A stretch of DNA of 64,000 bases from a virus. Position numbers and translations under genes: made by a program. The DNA lies in the IMG/VR virus record IMGVR_UViG_3300017788_004205, positions 1 to 64,000 of that record. The stretch is one strand, 5' to 3'. Numbering within the stretch: the first letter of the stretch is position 1; the number at the start of each line of letters is the position of its first letter. This document shows positions 10,329-19,503 of this stretch, one piece after another. The notes beneath the pieces were generated by a model. It had not been told where the DNA came from, did no database searches, and worked only from the letters and a program-made list of their open reading frames with translations.

Positions 10329-13300
10329 ATGGCCACCTTAAAGAATAGAATCGAAACATTAAAAAACCGCACATCAGATTTGGCAGTTCGTCAAATTTGT
10401 GAAAGCGTACTTGAGTTGACAGACCACGTCCCAACTCGTAATCTAAGTGCTTTAATCAGAGAACGCTTAAAAGAGCTTGATAGCCAAGACGCTCATTCAC
10501 AGCGTTTTCTTATTTCAGAAAAGCGACTTGCTCGCTTGGAAGATATGGGAATTTCCCGAGCATTAGATAGAATTAAATTAACTGGTGTTTGGGAACATAA
10601 TCCAAGAATTCAATACATACTTGAATGGTATGAAAAGAATCAGATTATGAAAGTTCCTGACTTTTTGATTGCAGAGCAATTCATTGCACAGATGACACCA
10701 TTCTGCTATGACCCTTCAATCAATGAAGCGATTGAAGTTGTTCGTAATATTCAAAAAGCTTTGGAAGAAGATATAGCAGTATCTACTACAATTCATTTGC
10801 TTGAAAATTCAAGAGCTTCTAAATTTTATTCACCTTTGATTACAAATTTGAGAGAATATCTTGAAAATAAGTCACAATCAATGCGTTCAGTTGTAATTTC
10901 TGAAATGGAAACATACGCTTATGAGCCTGTTGTTCGTGAATTGCAAAACAAGCTTAAAGTTTTTGAATCCAACTCAAATACATCTAAATTCCATATCACT
11001 GCAACTTCATCTGATTATTTGGTGAACTCTGTATATTCTTTTGTTTTAGTTGAAAGAAATGCAGATTATTTTGCAATCGATGGTAATTTCTTTAAGAAAG
11101 TGGGTGAAAACATCACACATCTTTCAACAGAAGCGATGGCTCGCATCAATCAAAAGTTTGTTGAATTGAACACACTTTTAACAGAAGAGCATGTATCGGT
11201 TGACCGTGAAAAAATCAGCTACAGTTATGGAAATAACACTATGCAAATTCGCATAGATGATAAATCCGTATCATATAATGGTAAGCCTCTTAAAATTCAA
11301 GAAGTAAATAATAAACTTGTAGAAGCAGGCGTATTTAGATGGAATCAGCAAAATGACTTGAATAAGTTTAATTCTTTATTTGAGCATGTTGATACTCTTT
11401 GTGAAATTGATTTTGCAAAAGTAATTTCATCTAAGAATCATGCTGGTATTCAAGCAACTATTATGAGATTAGGTGGTTCTGTGACTGTTATTAAGAACAA
11501 TCCTATCATGAATGAAAATAAAGTATTTACAGGATTGAATGGAACTCAAGCTCGTAATATTATTTTAGAATTTTTGAATTATGATATATCAGAAAGTTTG
11601 GTTGAATTTTTATCCTCCGAAAATAGAGCAATCAATCAGATTGAAAACGAAAGAAGAGAAATTTTGAATCAAATTGATGAATGTGAACGCAATATCTTAA
11701 AAATCGAAGAAGCTCAGCAAGATATTATGGTATCTGGCTCAGATGAAATTTCAGCTATTAAGAGCGAATTAGCATTTGAAGTAGCAAGATTGAAAGAACT
11801 TTATGCTAACAAAACAACTGAACTAAATAAACTTAGAACCTTTGAAGATAAAGGTGACGATTTTTTTTCGGATGATGAGCTAAAAAGCTCCAAAAAAGGT
11901 AAAGGAACATCAGCTTATGTCCAACAAGCACCTGAGCGTGATTATGGTATAGGTGATTTAGTAATCATTGATGGTAAAGATGGTAGAATCGTTGGTTTGG
12001 ACTCTGTTCAAAATAAAGCAACTGTTCTATTGAAAAGTGGTGATTCTGTAAGTGCGGAATTTTCAGACTTGGAATTAAAAGTTGAAGAATCTTACCTTTA
12101 CGAAGGAAAAAAGTCTAAAGGCTCCAAGGGTGTTTCCACTTTTACACAACAGACTCCTGAAAGAGCCTTCAATATCGGCGATATGGTAGATGTAGCGGAT
12201 AAGGGTGTTGGTAAAGTTACTGGTATTGATTCAGCAGAAAAGATAGCAACAGTAATGTTTACAAGTGGAATCCAATCAAAGGTTACATTTCCAGAGATGA
12301 GACTTGCTTCTGAAGAAGAAATCGAAAAAGAAGAAGAATATTCAGAAGAAACAAGTTCTTACGGTAAGAAAAAAACACAAACTACTTATGTTCAAGAAGC
12401 ACCTCAAATCGATTTTCGAGTAGGTGAGACTGTAAATGTAATTGGTAAAGGTTTAGCTAAAATTACAGCGATAGATTCTATCCGTCACGTTGCAATCGTT
12501 ATGTTGCAAAATGGTCAGCAATCAGAAGAGGAATTTTCAAATCTTCGTTCTATGACTTCTGAAATAGAAAACAAAGAAGAAGAAAACTATACTTACGGTA
12601 TATCATTAGGTAGTATGCCTAATGTTAGTGAACAACCTCTTGAATCTAATCAATTAATCGAAGATGAAGAATATCAAGATGAAGATGAAGAATTCGATGA
12701 AGATGATGATTATGAAGGCGAATATGAAGATAGATTTGAAGAAGATGAAGAAGATTATGATGAAACTAAATTTGATGATTTTGAGCCAAGCAAAAAAGAT
12801 ATTGCAATAGCAAATCGCTGGGCTGAATTATCTAAGATTTATGATAAAGATGGTAAAATCAAACCATTTAGTTTGTATGACAAAGAGGACGATGATGATT
12901 ATATCCCTGAAAACTCAGAAGTTTATGAAGATGGATGGGCACCTGAGGGTAAAGAGGAAGATGAATCTACAATCTCAAATTCATATGAACAAGAACCATC
13001 AGATAATGTTTTATCTCATGAATATGATGAAGAAAAGTTTAACGATGAAGATGAAGAAGACGAAGAAGATATGAAGTTTGTCGACAGAAGATTCGAATAT
13101 GATGAAGATGATGAAGATGAAACTAAATTTGATGATTTTGAGCCAAGTAAAAAAGATATTGCCTTGGCAAATCGTTGGGCTAAACTTTCAAAAGTATTCA
13201 AAGATAATCTGGAATTGAGTGATTTATACGATGACGATGAAGATTATATTGAAGAAGGCGCAAATGACTTTAATGAAGAAGATATAAACTCATCTAATGA

Positions 13301-13682
13301 TGTTTTTGAAGAAGAATATGAAGAATATGTTGACGAAAGAGAATATGAAGAAATGGCTGAGGATTCAGTTGAAGAAAACCACCATAAACTTCAAGTAAAT
13401 TCAAAAGATGCTCTTTTGGCAAAAGATAAAGATTCTGATTATGTTTTTTATGATGATGAATTAGATTTGCCAGACTTTAATTTACCAAAACCTCAGTATG
13501 TTGGAAATAAAGTAAAAGCATATATTCACGATGATTATGAAGACTCTATTTTGTCTAACAAAGAAATTCTTATAGATGAAAGTTATTACTACAATACAGG
13601 GATTGATGAAGCCCTCGAAGTAGAAATAGATGGAATAATCAATTTTATCCCAAAGAAATTCATAAGAATAATAGAAAAATAA
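10329..13682 (+). CDS. Large probable virion/prohead protein: coiled coil, three SH3/KOW-like repeats, acidic region
   Basis: 1117 aa ORF after a late promoter; IGDLV/IGDMV/VGETV repeats; D/E-rich C-terminal third. Confidence 0.6.
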   Translation: MATLKNRIETLKNRTSDLAVRQICESVLELTDHVPTRNLSALIRERLKELDSQDAHSQRFLISEKRLARLEDMGISRALDRIKLTGVWEHNPRIQYILEWYEKNQIMKVPDFLIAEQFIAQMTPFCYDPSINEAIEVVRNIQKALEEDIAVSTTIHLLENSRASKFYSPLITNLREYLENKSQSMRSVVISEMETYAYEPVVRELQNKLKVFESNSNTSKFHITATSSDYLVNSVYSFVLVERNADYFAIDGNFFKKVGENITHLSTEAMARINQKFVELNTLLTEEHVSVDREKISYSYGNNTMQIRIDDKSVSYNGKPLKIQEVNNKLVEAGVFRWNQQNDLNKFNSLFEHVDTLCEIDFAKVISSKNHAGIQATIMRLGGSVTVIKNNPIMNENKVFTGLNGTQARNIILEFLNYDISESLVEFLSSENRAINQIENERREILNQIDECERNILKIEEAQQDIMVSGSDEISAIKSELAFEVARLKELYANKTTELNKLRTFEDKGDDFFSDDELKSSKKGKGTSAYVQQAPERDYGIGDLVIIDGKDGRIVGLDSVQNKATVLLKSGDSVSAEFSDLELKVEESYLYEGKKSKGSKGVSTFTQQTPERAFNIGDMVDVADKGVGKVTGIDSAEKIATVMFTSGIQSKVTFPEMRLASEEEIEKEEEYSEETSSYGKKKTQTTYVQEAPQIDFRVGETVNVIGKGLAKITAIDSIRHVAIVMLQNGQQSEEEFSNLRSMTSEIENKEEENYTYGISLGSMPNVSEQPLESNQLIEDEEYQDEDEEFDEDDDYEGEYEDRFEEDEEDYDETKFDDFEPSKKDIAIANRWAELSKIYDKDGKIKPFSLYDKEDDDDYIPENSEVYEDGWAPEGKEEDESTISNSYEQEPSDNVLSHEYDEEKFNDEDEEDEEDMKFVDRRFEYDEDDEDETKFDDFEPSKKDIALANRWAKLSKVFKDNLELSDLYDDDEDYIEEGANDFNEEDINSSNDVFEEEYEEYVDEREYEEMAEDSVEENHHKLQVNSKDALLAKDKDSDYVFYDDELDLPDFNLPKPQYVGNKVKAYIHDDYEDSILSNKEILIDESYYYNTGIDEALEVEIDGIINFIPKKFIRIIEK
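11904..12550 (+). repeat. Three degenerate SH3/KOW-like repeat units
   Basis: YVQQAPERDYGIGDLV / FTQQTPERAFNIGDMV / YVQEAPQIDFRVGETV, each followed by G..I.G/A.DS....A.V. Confidence 0.75.
12759..13193 (+). repeat. Dispersed ~78-nt direct repeat (DETKFDDFEPSKKDIAxANRWAxLSK)
   Basis: Near-identical copies starting at 12759 and 13116. Confidence 0.9.
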
Positions 13683-13696
13683 AAAACATATTCAAA

Positions 13697-13972
13697 ATGT
13701 TAACTTTTAATGAATATAAGGATGAAAAAAATAAAGCACTATTAGAAGATGCAACCGAGGATGTTTTTGTAACTCCTGATAGAACACAATCAATTAGTGC
13801 TATAAATATGGCAATAGGTCAAATTCAACCAATAGTGACGAATTTGATGGATGTAGCGACAAAATTAGATGCGGCTAATGTAAATAGCTCAAAATTAAAG
13901 ACTATGTCTAAAAGTTTAGAGAATTACATAAACCAGTTAAAAGATGCAGCATCTAAGCCTCTAAGTGCCTAA
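13697..13972 (+). CDS. Small helical protein with capsid-targeting-like N-terminus
   Basis: MLTFNEYKDE...LLED. Confidence 0.6.
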   Translation: MLTFNEYKDEKNKALLEDATEDVFVTPDRTQSISAINMAIGQIQPIVTNLMDVATKLDAANVNSSKLKTMSKSLENYINQLKDAASKPLSA

Positions 13973-13989
13973 AATACGTTTTAAAAATA

Positions 13990-14042
13990 AAAGGAAAAGA
14001 CTTCGTCTTAAAAACGAACTTTTTTCCTTTTTTTTCTATAAT
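13990..14042 (+). promoter_or_regulatory. Hairpin/terminator overlapping a sigma70-like promoter (ACGAAC-N17-TATAAT)
   Basis: AAAAGGAAAAGACTTCGT ... ACGAACTTTTTTCCTTTT imperfect inverted repeat; -35 at 14014, -10 at 14037. Confidence 0.55.
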
Positions 14043-14078
14043 ATTAGAAGAACTTATAATTAAAAATAAGCATTTAAA

Positions 14079-14423
14079 ATGGCAAACTATGTTAGCAATA
14101 AAGAACTTTTGAAAGAAATCATAGAGTCTAAAAAAAGAGATGAATTAACCCCAAGAGCGGTTGAGCTCATTTGTAAAATGTCTCAGGAAATGTCAAAGGT
14201 TTTGAAGTATAAATACCCAGAAGATAGAGAAGATTGTATTGCTTCTGGCATAGCAGATGTTATCAAACACTGGAGAAATTTCAATCCAGAAAGGTCTGAA
14301 AATGTATTTGCTTATTATACACAAGTTATAAAAAATGGAATGGCAAAAACTTGGAATTTAATCCATCAACAAAAAGATAGTGATTTTATTTCGATAGATG
14401 ACGATATATTCCGTAATATTTAA
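14079..14423 (+). CDS. Late-transcription sigma factor, T4 gp55-like
   Basis: NYVSNKELLKEIIESK and NFNPERSENVFAYYTQ match the two conserved gp55 blocks. Confidence 0.8.
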   Translation: MANYVSNKELLKEIIESKKRDELTPRAVELICKMSQEMSKVLKYKYPEDREDCIASGIADVIKHWRNFNPERSENVFAYYTQVIKNGMAKTWNLIHQQKDSDFISIDDDIFRNI

Positions 14424-14426
14424 GAT

Positions 14427-14759
14427 ATGATAAACCCTTTTTCTTCTTTTGGTTTTAACTTAGTGCATAATGATATAAAGAATGAAATTTCTTCATATTT
14501 GCAAACACATGAACCTCCAATTGAACATCAAATTATGAGATGTTTGATGTCATTTTGTGATGTTGATATTAACAAAATTAGAATTTTGAAGAGTATAGAT
14601 AATAATCAAGAAAGAATATTGATAATCACACCAGAATTTAATCTATCAGAAAATTTTTTTAATAATTTGAATGAAATCATGACAAAATTTACCTATAATT
14701 TTGTTGAAAAATGTCATATAAATTCAGTAAAAGAAATACATTTCCACTATTCAAAATAA
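14427..14759 (+). CDS. Hypothetical protein
   Basis: 110 aa ORF directly after gp55-like gene. Confidence 0.5.
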   Translation: MINPFSSFGFNLVHNDIKNEISSYLQTHEPPIEHQIMRCLMSFCDVDINKIRILKSIDNNQERILIITPEFNLSENFFNNLNEIMTKFTYNFVEKCHINSVKEIHFHYSK

Positions 14760-14840
14760 ATTTCCCAAACCCTCAAAATAACCCGTTTCTGTTTTCAATT
14801 TATTGCTATATAACTGAGCATTAAACATAATATAACAGTT

Positions 14841-15050
14841 ATGAGAACACAAGAAAAACACATCGAAAGAGAATTTGAAGATTTTACAAAAGAAGAAAAA
14901 ATGGTTGTTTTAGCACTTTACATAAATCACCCATTTCCACAAAGTCCTGAACAAATTCGTAAAACTATCTATAGAAATGGCTGGGAAGAACTAAGTGAAG
15001 AAGAATTAAATCAACTTAGAATAACATTAGTTCAAGCCAAATACAATTAA
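14841..15050 (+). CDS. Hypothetical protein
   Basis: 69 aa ORF. Confidence 0.55.
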   Translation: MRTQEKHIEREFEDFTKEEKMVVLALYINHPFPQSPEQIRKTIYRNGWEELSEEELNQLRITLVQAKYN

Positions 15051-15075
15051 TTTTTTAATTTCTAACGAGGTTATC

Positions 15076-15423
15076 GTGAATTACAGCGTAGAATCCTTGA
15101 TTGAATCAAGAATGAAACTTGCAGAACTCAGAAACTCTTTAAGGGTTTTTAGAGCGAATTTAGACTCATCTAAATTCAAAATTGAAAAGCACGCTATTGA
15201 TTCCAATGATGGTAATTATGGAAAGAATGCAGAAGAACGAGAAAGGTTCTTAAAAAACGCATTACTTGAGTCTGATAATTATGTTGATTTGGAAAATAGA
15301 GTTATTTCTTTACAAAATGAAATTGAGCTCGAAGAAGCTAAAATTGACTGTCTTAGAGATTTAAGACGGGAAATTGAGATGCAACAGAAAGAGAGAATGA
15401 TAGATTCTGGCGTTTCTGTATAA
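15076..15423 (+). CDS. Helical coiled-coil protein (possibly UvsY-like recombination mediator)
   Basis: GTG start with GAGG RBS; GKNAEERE segment and all-helical heptads; family call is weak. Confidence 0.45.
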   Translation: MNYSVESLIESRMKLAELRNSLRVFRANLDSSKFKIEKHAIDSNDGNYGKNAEERERFLKNALLESDNYVDLENRVISLQNEIELEEAKIDCLRDLRREIEMQQKERMIDSGVSV

Positions 15424-15440
15424 ATTTGCTTTTATTTTCT

Positions 15441-15448
15441 GATATATA
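15441..15448 (+). promoter_or_regulatory. Putative late promoter GATATATA
   Basis: 33 nt upstream of ATG 15481. Confidence 0.65.
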
Positions 15449-15480
15449 CATTTTCAAACACTTAAAATAATTGTATTGAT

Positions 15481-15852
15481 ATGGAACAGTGGATACCTTT
15501 ATTGCTTCAATTGCAAGCTCAAACCCAACTTTGGCATTGGCAAACTAATCACTATGCATCACATGTTGCATTAGGCGGTTACTATGAATCTATCCAAGAA
15601 TTGACTGATAAATTCGTAGAAGTTACCAAAGGTAAAAATCCAAAAGGCGAAATGCCTGCTTTGCAGACAGCTCCTATTGAAATTAAAGGAATCGTTGGCG
15701 TTGAATTGGAAGCTCAATATACTATATGGGCTAAACAACTTTGCGATTGGGCATGCTCTAAAGAAATCACAGAACAACCTGATATTCAAGATATTATCTT
15801 GGACATGATTAATGAGACAAATAGATTAGTTTATTTGTTAAGACTTAAATAA
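15481..15852 (+). CDS. Ferritin/Dps-like four-helix protein (DUF5856-like)
   Basis: WHWQT..YASHVALGGYYE...DKFVE...G; ends YLLRLK. Confidence 0.7.
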   Translation: MEQWIPLLLQLQAQTQLWHWQTNHYASHVALGGYYESIQELTDKFVEVTKGKNPKGEMPALQTAPIEIKGIVGVELEAQYTIWAKQLCDWACSKEITEQPDIQDIILDMINETNRLVYLLRLK

Positions 15853-15870
15853 GAAAACTAATTAGTATTC

Positions 15871-15903
15871 AAAGCCTGAGAATAATCTTCTCGGGCTTTT
15901 TTT
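15871..15903 (+). terminator. Intrinsic terminator
   Basis: AAAGCCTGAGAA-loop-TTCTCGGGCTTTTTTT. Confidence 0.8.
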
Positions 15904-15951
15904 GTTTGTTAAAAATCCGAATATATAAGAATACAATACAAAAAGGTTTTT

Positions 15952-18555
15952 ATGTCTGCTGATTATACATCCCAAATAAAAGAAAATACAAAGTCTTTAA
16001 TTGAATTAGCTGAGAATTCTCAGGAATTAAATGTCTTTTTCCAAAAGAATGCTATTGAAAAGGCTGTTCAAATTGGAGATTATTCTCTCCCAGATTTATC
16101 AGGTACAAATTCAATAAGTGCTTTACAGAATTTAAGTTCTTTGATAGAAGAATTAGATTCAAATTTCAAAGAAATTAATCCTTCTGTTGAAGGAGCTAAA
16201 GTTCCTATTGTTCCAAACAATTTAGATTCTATAACTCCTAATGAGTTATTAGATGCTTTAATACAACTTCAACAAACTGTAACAGATATAAACTCTCAAC
16301 AGGTGATTCCAGATGATTTGGATTCTGTTTTATTCTGTCCTCCTGATGCTCCACCTCCTCCACAAGTTACTTTTGAAGATTTTAAGAAATTGTGCGAAGA
16401 AGCTGCTCCTCCACCTGAACCAAGCAAAAAATTAGAAACTCCTCCAAGTCCAGATTTGGGGGAAGCATTCAAAGACATAGATTCTTTACCTGAAGATAAT
16501 GCAGGAGACTTAGAAGATAGAAATAAACAACTTGATGGGGCTATAAAGGCATTAGAGAATTTAGATGCTTATGGTAGTCCTACTGATTCTATAAACGATG
16601 AATTGGCTAAGTCTGATATAGGAAAGCTTCTTGTTGATTTCTCAAATAAATTGAGAGATAATTTAGGTACTAACTTAAAAGATGAAAATGGAAATCCTTT
16701 AGTTCCAAATTCTGCATCTGGAATTGGTAATTATGGTAGTGGGTTAAATCAAGCGGATATAGATAATTTGCGTAATTCCATAAATAATTCAGATTTGGAT
16801 GGTTTGAATGCAGTTCCTCCAAAACCCGAAGAAAAGGTAGCTATTGATTGTGTTAAAATAATGAAACCAATCATAGAAGAATCTCAAAAAAAAGGAGAAA
16901 GATTTGGAGCTATAAAAACAGAAATAGCGGATATTAAACAAGAAGCAAATATAGGCAAGGTATTTCTTGCTTTTTGGAATACTGTTGGTCAGATATTAAA
17001 TGATACTAAATTCAAAGCTTTAAATGATTTGACAAAAATACTAAATCAAAAACAAAAAGAAAAAGACGATACCCCATTTTATAACATTATAAAGATAAAT
17101 AGACTGGAATCTGAAATAAGTGAAATAAGAAAAAAACAATCAATTCTCATTAAAACATATACGAATGAAAAGGTATTACTTGCCTCTGAATTTCTTGATG
17201 CTAATCTTAAAAAACTGGTAATAGAATTAAGTATAGAAGTTGATATAAAATTTGAAGACTATAAATCTCCAAAGTTTTTATATGATAAAACTAAGTCTTC
17301 TCAAAAATCAGATAGAAGGCTTCAAAAAATTCAAGATAAATTAACGAATTCTATAAAGAAAATAGATGTAGCAAACCCCGAAAGCGTAGAAGAAATAAAA
17401 AAACTACAATCTGAATCTGATAAGGAATACAATGATGAAATTTCAAATACAATAAAGAAAGTTGAAGAGTTGGCTCTTGGTTGGGCTATAAACACTTTGG
17501 CTTCTGGTGGTTCAAGACTTGACTATATTAAGAAGAAAGAATCTGAAAATAAATCAACTCTCACTTCTTTATATGAACCAAAGGCAAAGAAATTAGATGA
17601 TTTGCAAAAGGAAGAAGCCGAAATTCAGGAATACTTAGACAACTTAAATACTAACATAAAAGAAAGTCTAAAAGAGCAAGGTTGTGAGTTGCCTGAAATA
17701 AATATTCCAATCGATGAAGCGGGTGGTAATGTTAATTTCAAAGGTATTCCGATGGATGCAAGTAAGAGTCCTAATATATTTGATATTAGGTGGTGGAGGA
17801 AATTCTGCGCTCTTGCTACACTTGTTAATTTAGCACCTTTGTTTTGGCCAGTTGGTTTAATCCTTCCAACAATACCAAAACCCTTATTTATACCATGTCC
17901 AATTATATGGCAACCTTTAGTTGTTTTTAATACTCCTATTGCTTTGATTGTTATTTTGATAGGACAATGTGGGGTATTGCCTTCTCCATTTGTTTTTGTA
18001 TTAAATACTGGGCCTTTTCCATTAGGCCCACTCAATCCTAAGTCTGCTTGGTTTCCTGTTGCTATACGCCCTATGTGTAAGATTAAAGATAATCCTACAA
18101 GTGAAAAATTACCAGGAGCACCTGAGCTTTCTGTTCCTTTGGCTAAGCCAGCGGATATTCAAAAACAAACAGATTCTCTAAAAACTAAAATAAGTGATAA
18201 CAATAAAAAAATTGAAGAGAATAACAATCAAACAAAACTTCTTTCAAATAACTTAAATAATCCTGATAACAAAAAGAATGTAGATAGACTCGTAAAGGAA
18301 AACGCTAATTTATTACAAAGTAATGTTAAACTACAAGCAAAAATAGTAGAACTTTCAACTGTTTTTGAAATTAGTAAAACTCAAACAACTAAGATTGAAC
18401 TTGACCCAAAAATAACAGCGTTGATGCCACTGTATAAAGATGATTTACCTACATGGGAAAGATTGAGTATAACAAACATACCATTCCTTTTATTTTTAAC
18501 TCAATGGTGTGCTGCTGGAAAAAATGGTGGTGGATTCCTGAGAGACCCGATTTAA
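15952..18555 (+). CDS. Large hypothetical protein, coiled coils with a long hydrophobic Pro-rich segment (probable virion protein)
   Basis: 867 aa; AATATATA at 15920-15927; hydrophobic WWRKFCALATLVNLAPLFWPVG...PFVFVLN stretch. Confidence 0.6.
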   Translation: MSADYTSQIKENTKSLIELAENSQELNVFFQKNAIEKAVQIGDYSLPDLSGTNSISALQNLSSLIEELDSNFKEINPSVEGAKVPIVPNNLDSITPNELLDALIQLQQTVTDINSQQVIPDDLDSVLFCPPDAPPPPQVTFEDFKKLCEEAAPPPEPSKKLETPPSPDLGEAFKDIDSLPEDNAGDLEDRNKQLDGAIKALENLDAYGSPTDSINDELAKSDIGKLLVDFSNKLRDNLGTNLKDENGNPLVPNSASGIGNYGSGLNQADIDNLRNSINNSDLDGLNAVPPKPEEKVAIDCVKIMKPIIEESQKKGERFGAIKTEIADIKQEANIGKVFLAFWNTVGQILNDTKFKALNDLTKILNQKQKEKDDTPFYNIIKINRLESEISEIRKKQSILIKTYTNEKVLLASEFLDANLKKLVIELSIEVDIKFEDYKSPKFLYDKTKSSQKSDRRLQKIQDKLTNSIKKIDVANPESVEEIKKLQSESDKEYNDEISNTIKKVEELALGWAINTLASGGSRLDYIKKKESENKSTLTSLYEPKAKKLDDLQKEEAEIQEYLDNLNTNIKESLKEQGCELPEINIPIDEAGGNVNFKGIPMDASKSPNIFDIRWWRKFCALATLVNLAPLFWPVGLILPTIPKPLFIPCPIIWQPLVVFNTPIALIVILIGQCGVLPSPFVFVLNTGPFPLGPLNPKSAWFPVAIRPMCKIKDNPTSEKLPGAPELSVPLAKPADIQKQTDSLKTKISDNNKKIEENNNQTKLLSNNLNNPDNKKNVDRLVKENANLLQSNVKLQAKIVELSTVFEISKTQTTKIELDPKITALMPLYKDDLPTWERLSITNIPFLLFLTQWCAAGKNGGGFLRDPI

Positions 18556-18607
18556 TATTTTAATATCTTGATATTTTAAAAAAATAACAAAAAAAGATAT
18601 TATTTGT

Positions 18608-18615
18608 GATATATA
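18608..18615 (+). promoter_or_regulatory. Putative late promoter GATATATA
   Basis: 32 nt upstream of ATG 18647. Confidence 0.65.
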
Positions 18616-18646
18616 GAAGTAAGAGCAAAAAATAAAATGAGAAATT

Positions 18647-18901
18647 ATGGAAATGAAAAGCGTTCAAGACATGAAGAAACTTGCTTCTTCTGGTAAAGGT
18701 AAAACAGAAGATTATACACCTCCAAAATATTTGGTTCAACCACACGAAGGTGATGAAATGTATCCATTTGTGGAGAAAGAATACCTTAAATCTAAAAAGG
18801 AATCTGAAAAATCAGGTAGCCCATTTATCACAACTTCATATAAGAAATTTGTTGAAAGACAGAAGAAGAACATCGCTTCTTCTCAGAAAAAGGGAGAGTA
18901 A
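18647..18901 (+). CDS. Small basic hypothetical protein
   Basis: 84 aa ORF flanked by late promoter and terminator. Confidence 0.6.
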   Translation: MEMKSVQDMKKLASSGKGKTEDYTPPKYLVQPHEGDEMYPFVEKEYLKSKKESEKSGSPFITTSYKKFVERQKKNIASSQKKGE

Positions 18902-18928
18902 AGTTTTAATATTTCATAGGGTTTATTA

Positions 18929-18960
18929 GCCTGAGTAGTCTTTCGACTACTCAGGTTTTT
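18929..18960 (+). terminator. Intrinsic terminator
   Basis: CCTGAGTAGTC-TTTC-GACTACTCAGG perfect stem followed by T-tract. Confidence 0.85.
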
Positions 18961-19478
18961 TATGGGAAAAGAGTGCATTGAATGGCATTTTTTTCTGACT
19001 TCACGCCAGATGTATTTTTATAAGATTCTTTAAGTTGATTTAATATATATTCCATTTTCTTGGAACCTAAATCATATTTAACAGTTTCTCTTCCCTTTAA
19101 AATAACTTTAACTAAAACATTATCACCTTGCTTCAAGAATTTTTGAACCATGCTTATTTTAGTTTTTAAGTCATTTTCACTGATAGCTATAGAAAATCTA
19201 ACTTCTTTTGTACTCTTTTTTTCTTTGGAATTTTTTTGTTCTATTTTCTCTCTTTTATATTTCCACTTTCCATAATCAATAAGTTTAATTACGGGAGGAT
19301 TTGCTTCTGGTGATATTTCAACCAAATCTAATTCCATAGATTCAGCTTTTTCTAAAGCTTCTTGTATAGACATAATTCCTAATTGGGAACCTTCTTCATC
19401 AACAACTCTTACCGTTTGGGATGTGATTTTTTGGTTTATCCTTGGTTCGGGGGTTTTAGTCTGTGGTTTTGTGTTCAT
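18960..19478 (-). CDS. infC: Translation initiation factor IF-3
   Basis: RINQKI...VRVVDEEGSQLGIM...LDLVEISPEANPPVIKLIDYGKWKY...KEVRF...KGRE; both domains present. Confidence 0.93.
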   Translation of the reverse strand: MNTKPQTKTPEPRINQKITSQTVRVVDEEGSQLGIMSIQEALEKAESMELDLVEISPEANPPVIKLIDYGKWKYKREKIEQKNSKEKKSTKEVRFSIAISENDLKTKISMVQKFLKQGDNVLVKVILKGRETVKYDLGSKKMEYILNQLKESYKNTSGVKSEKNAIQCTLFP

Positions 19479-19503
19479 GATTTTGATTAAAGATAGTTAA
19501 AAA

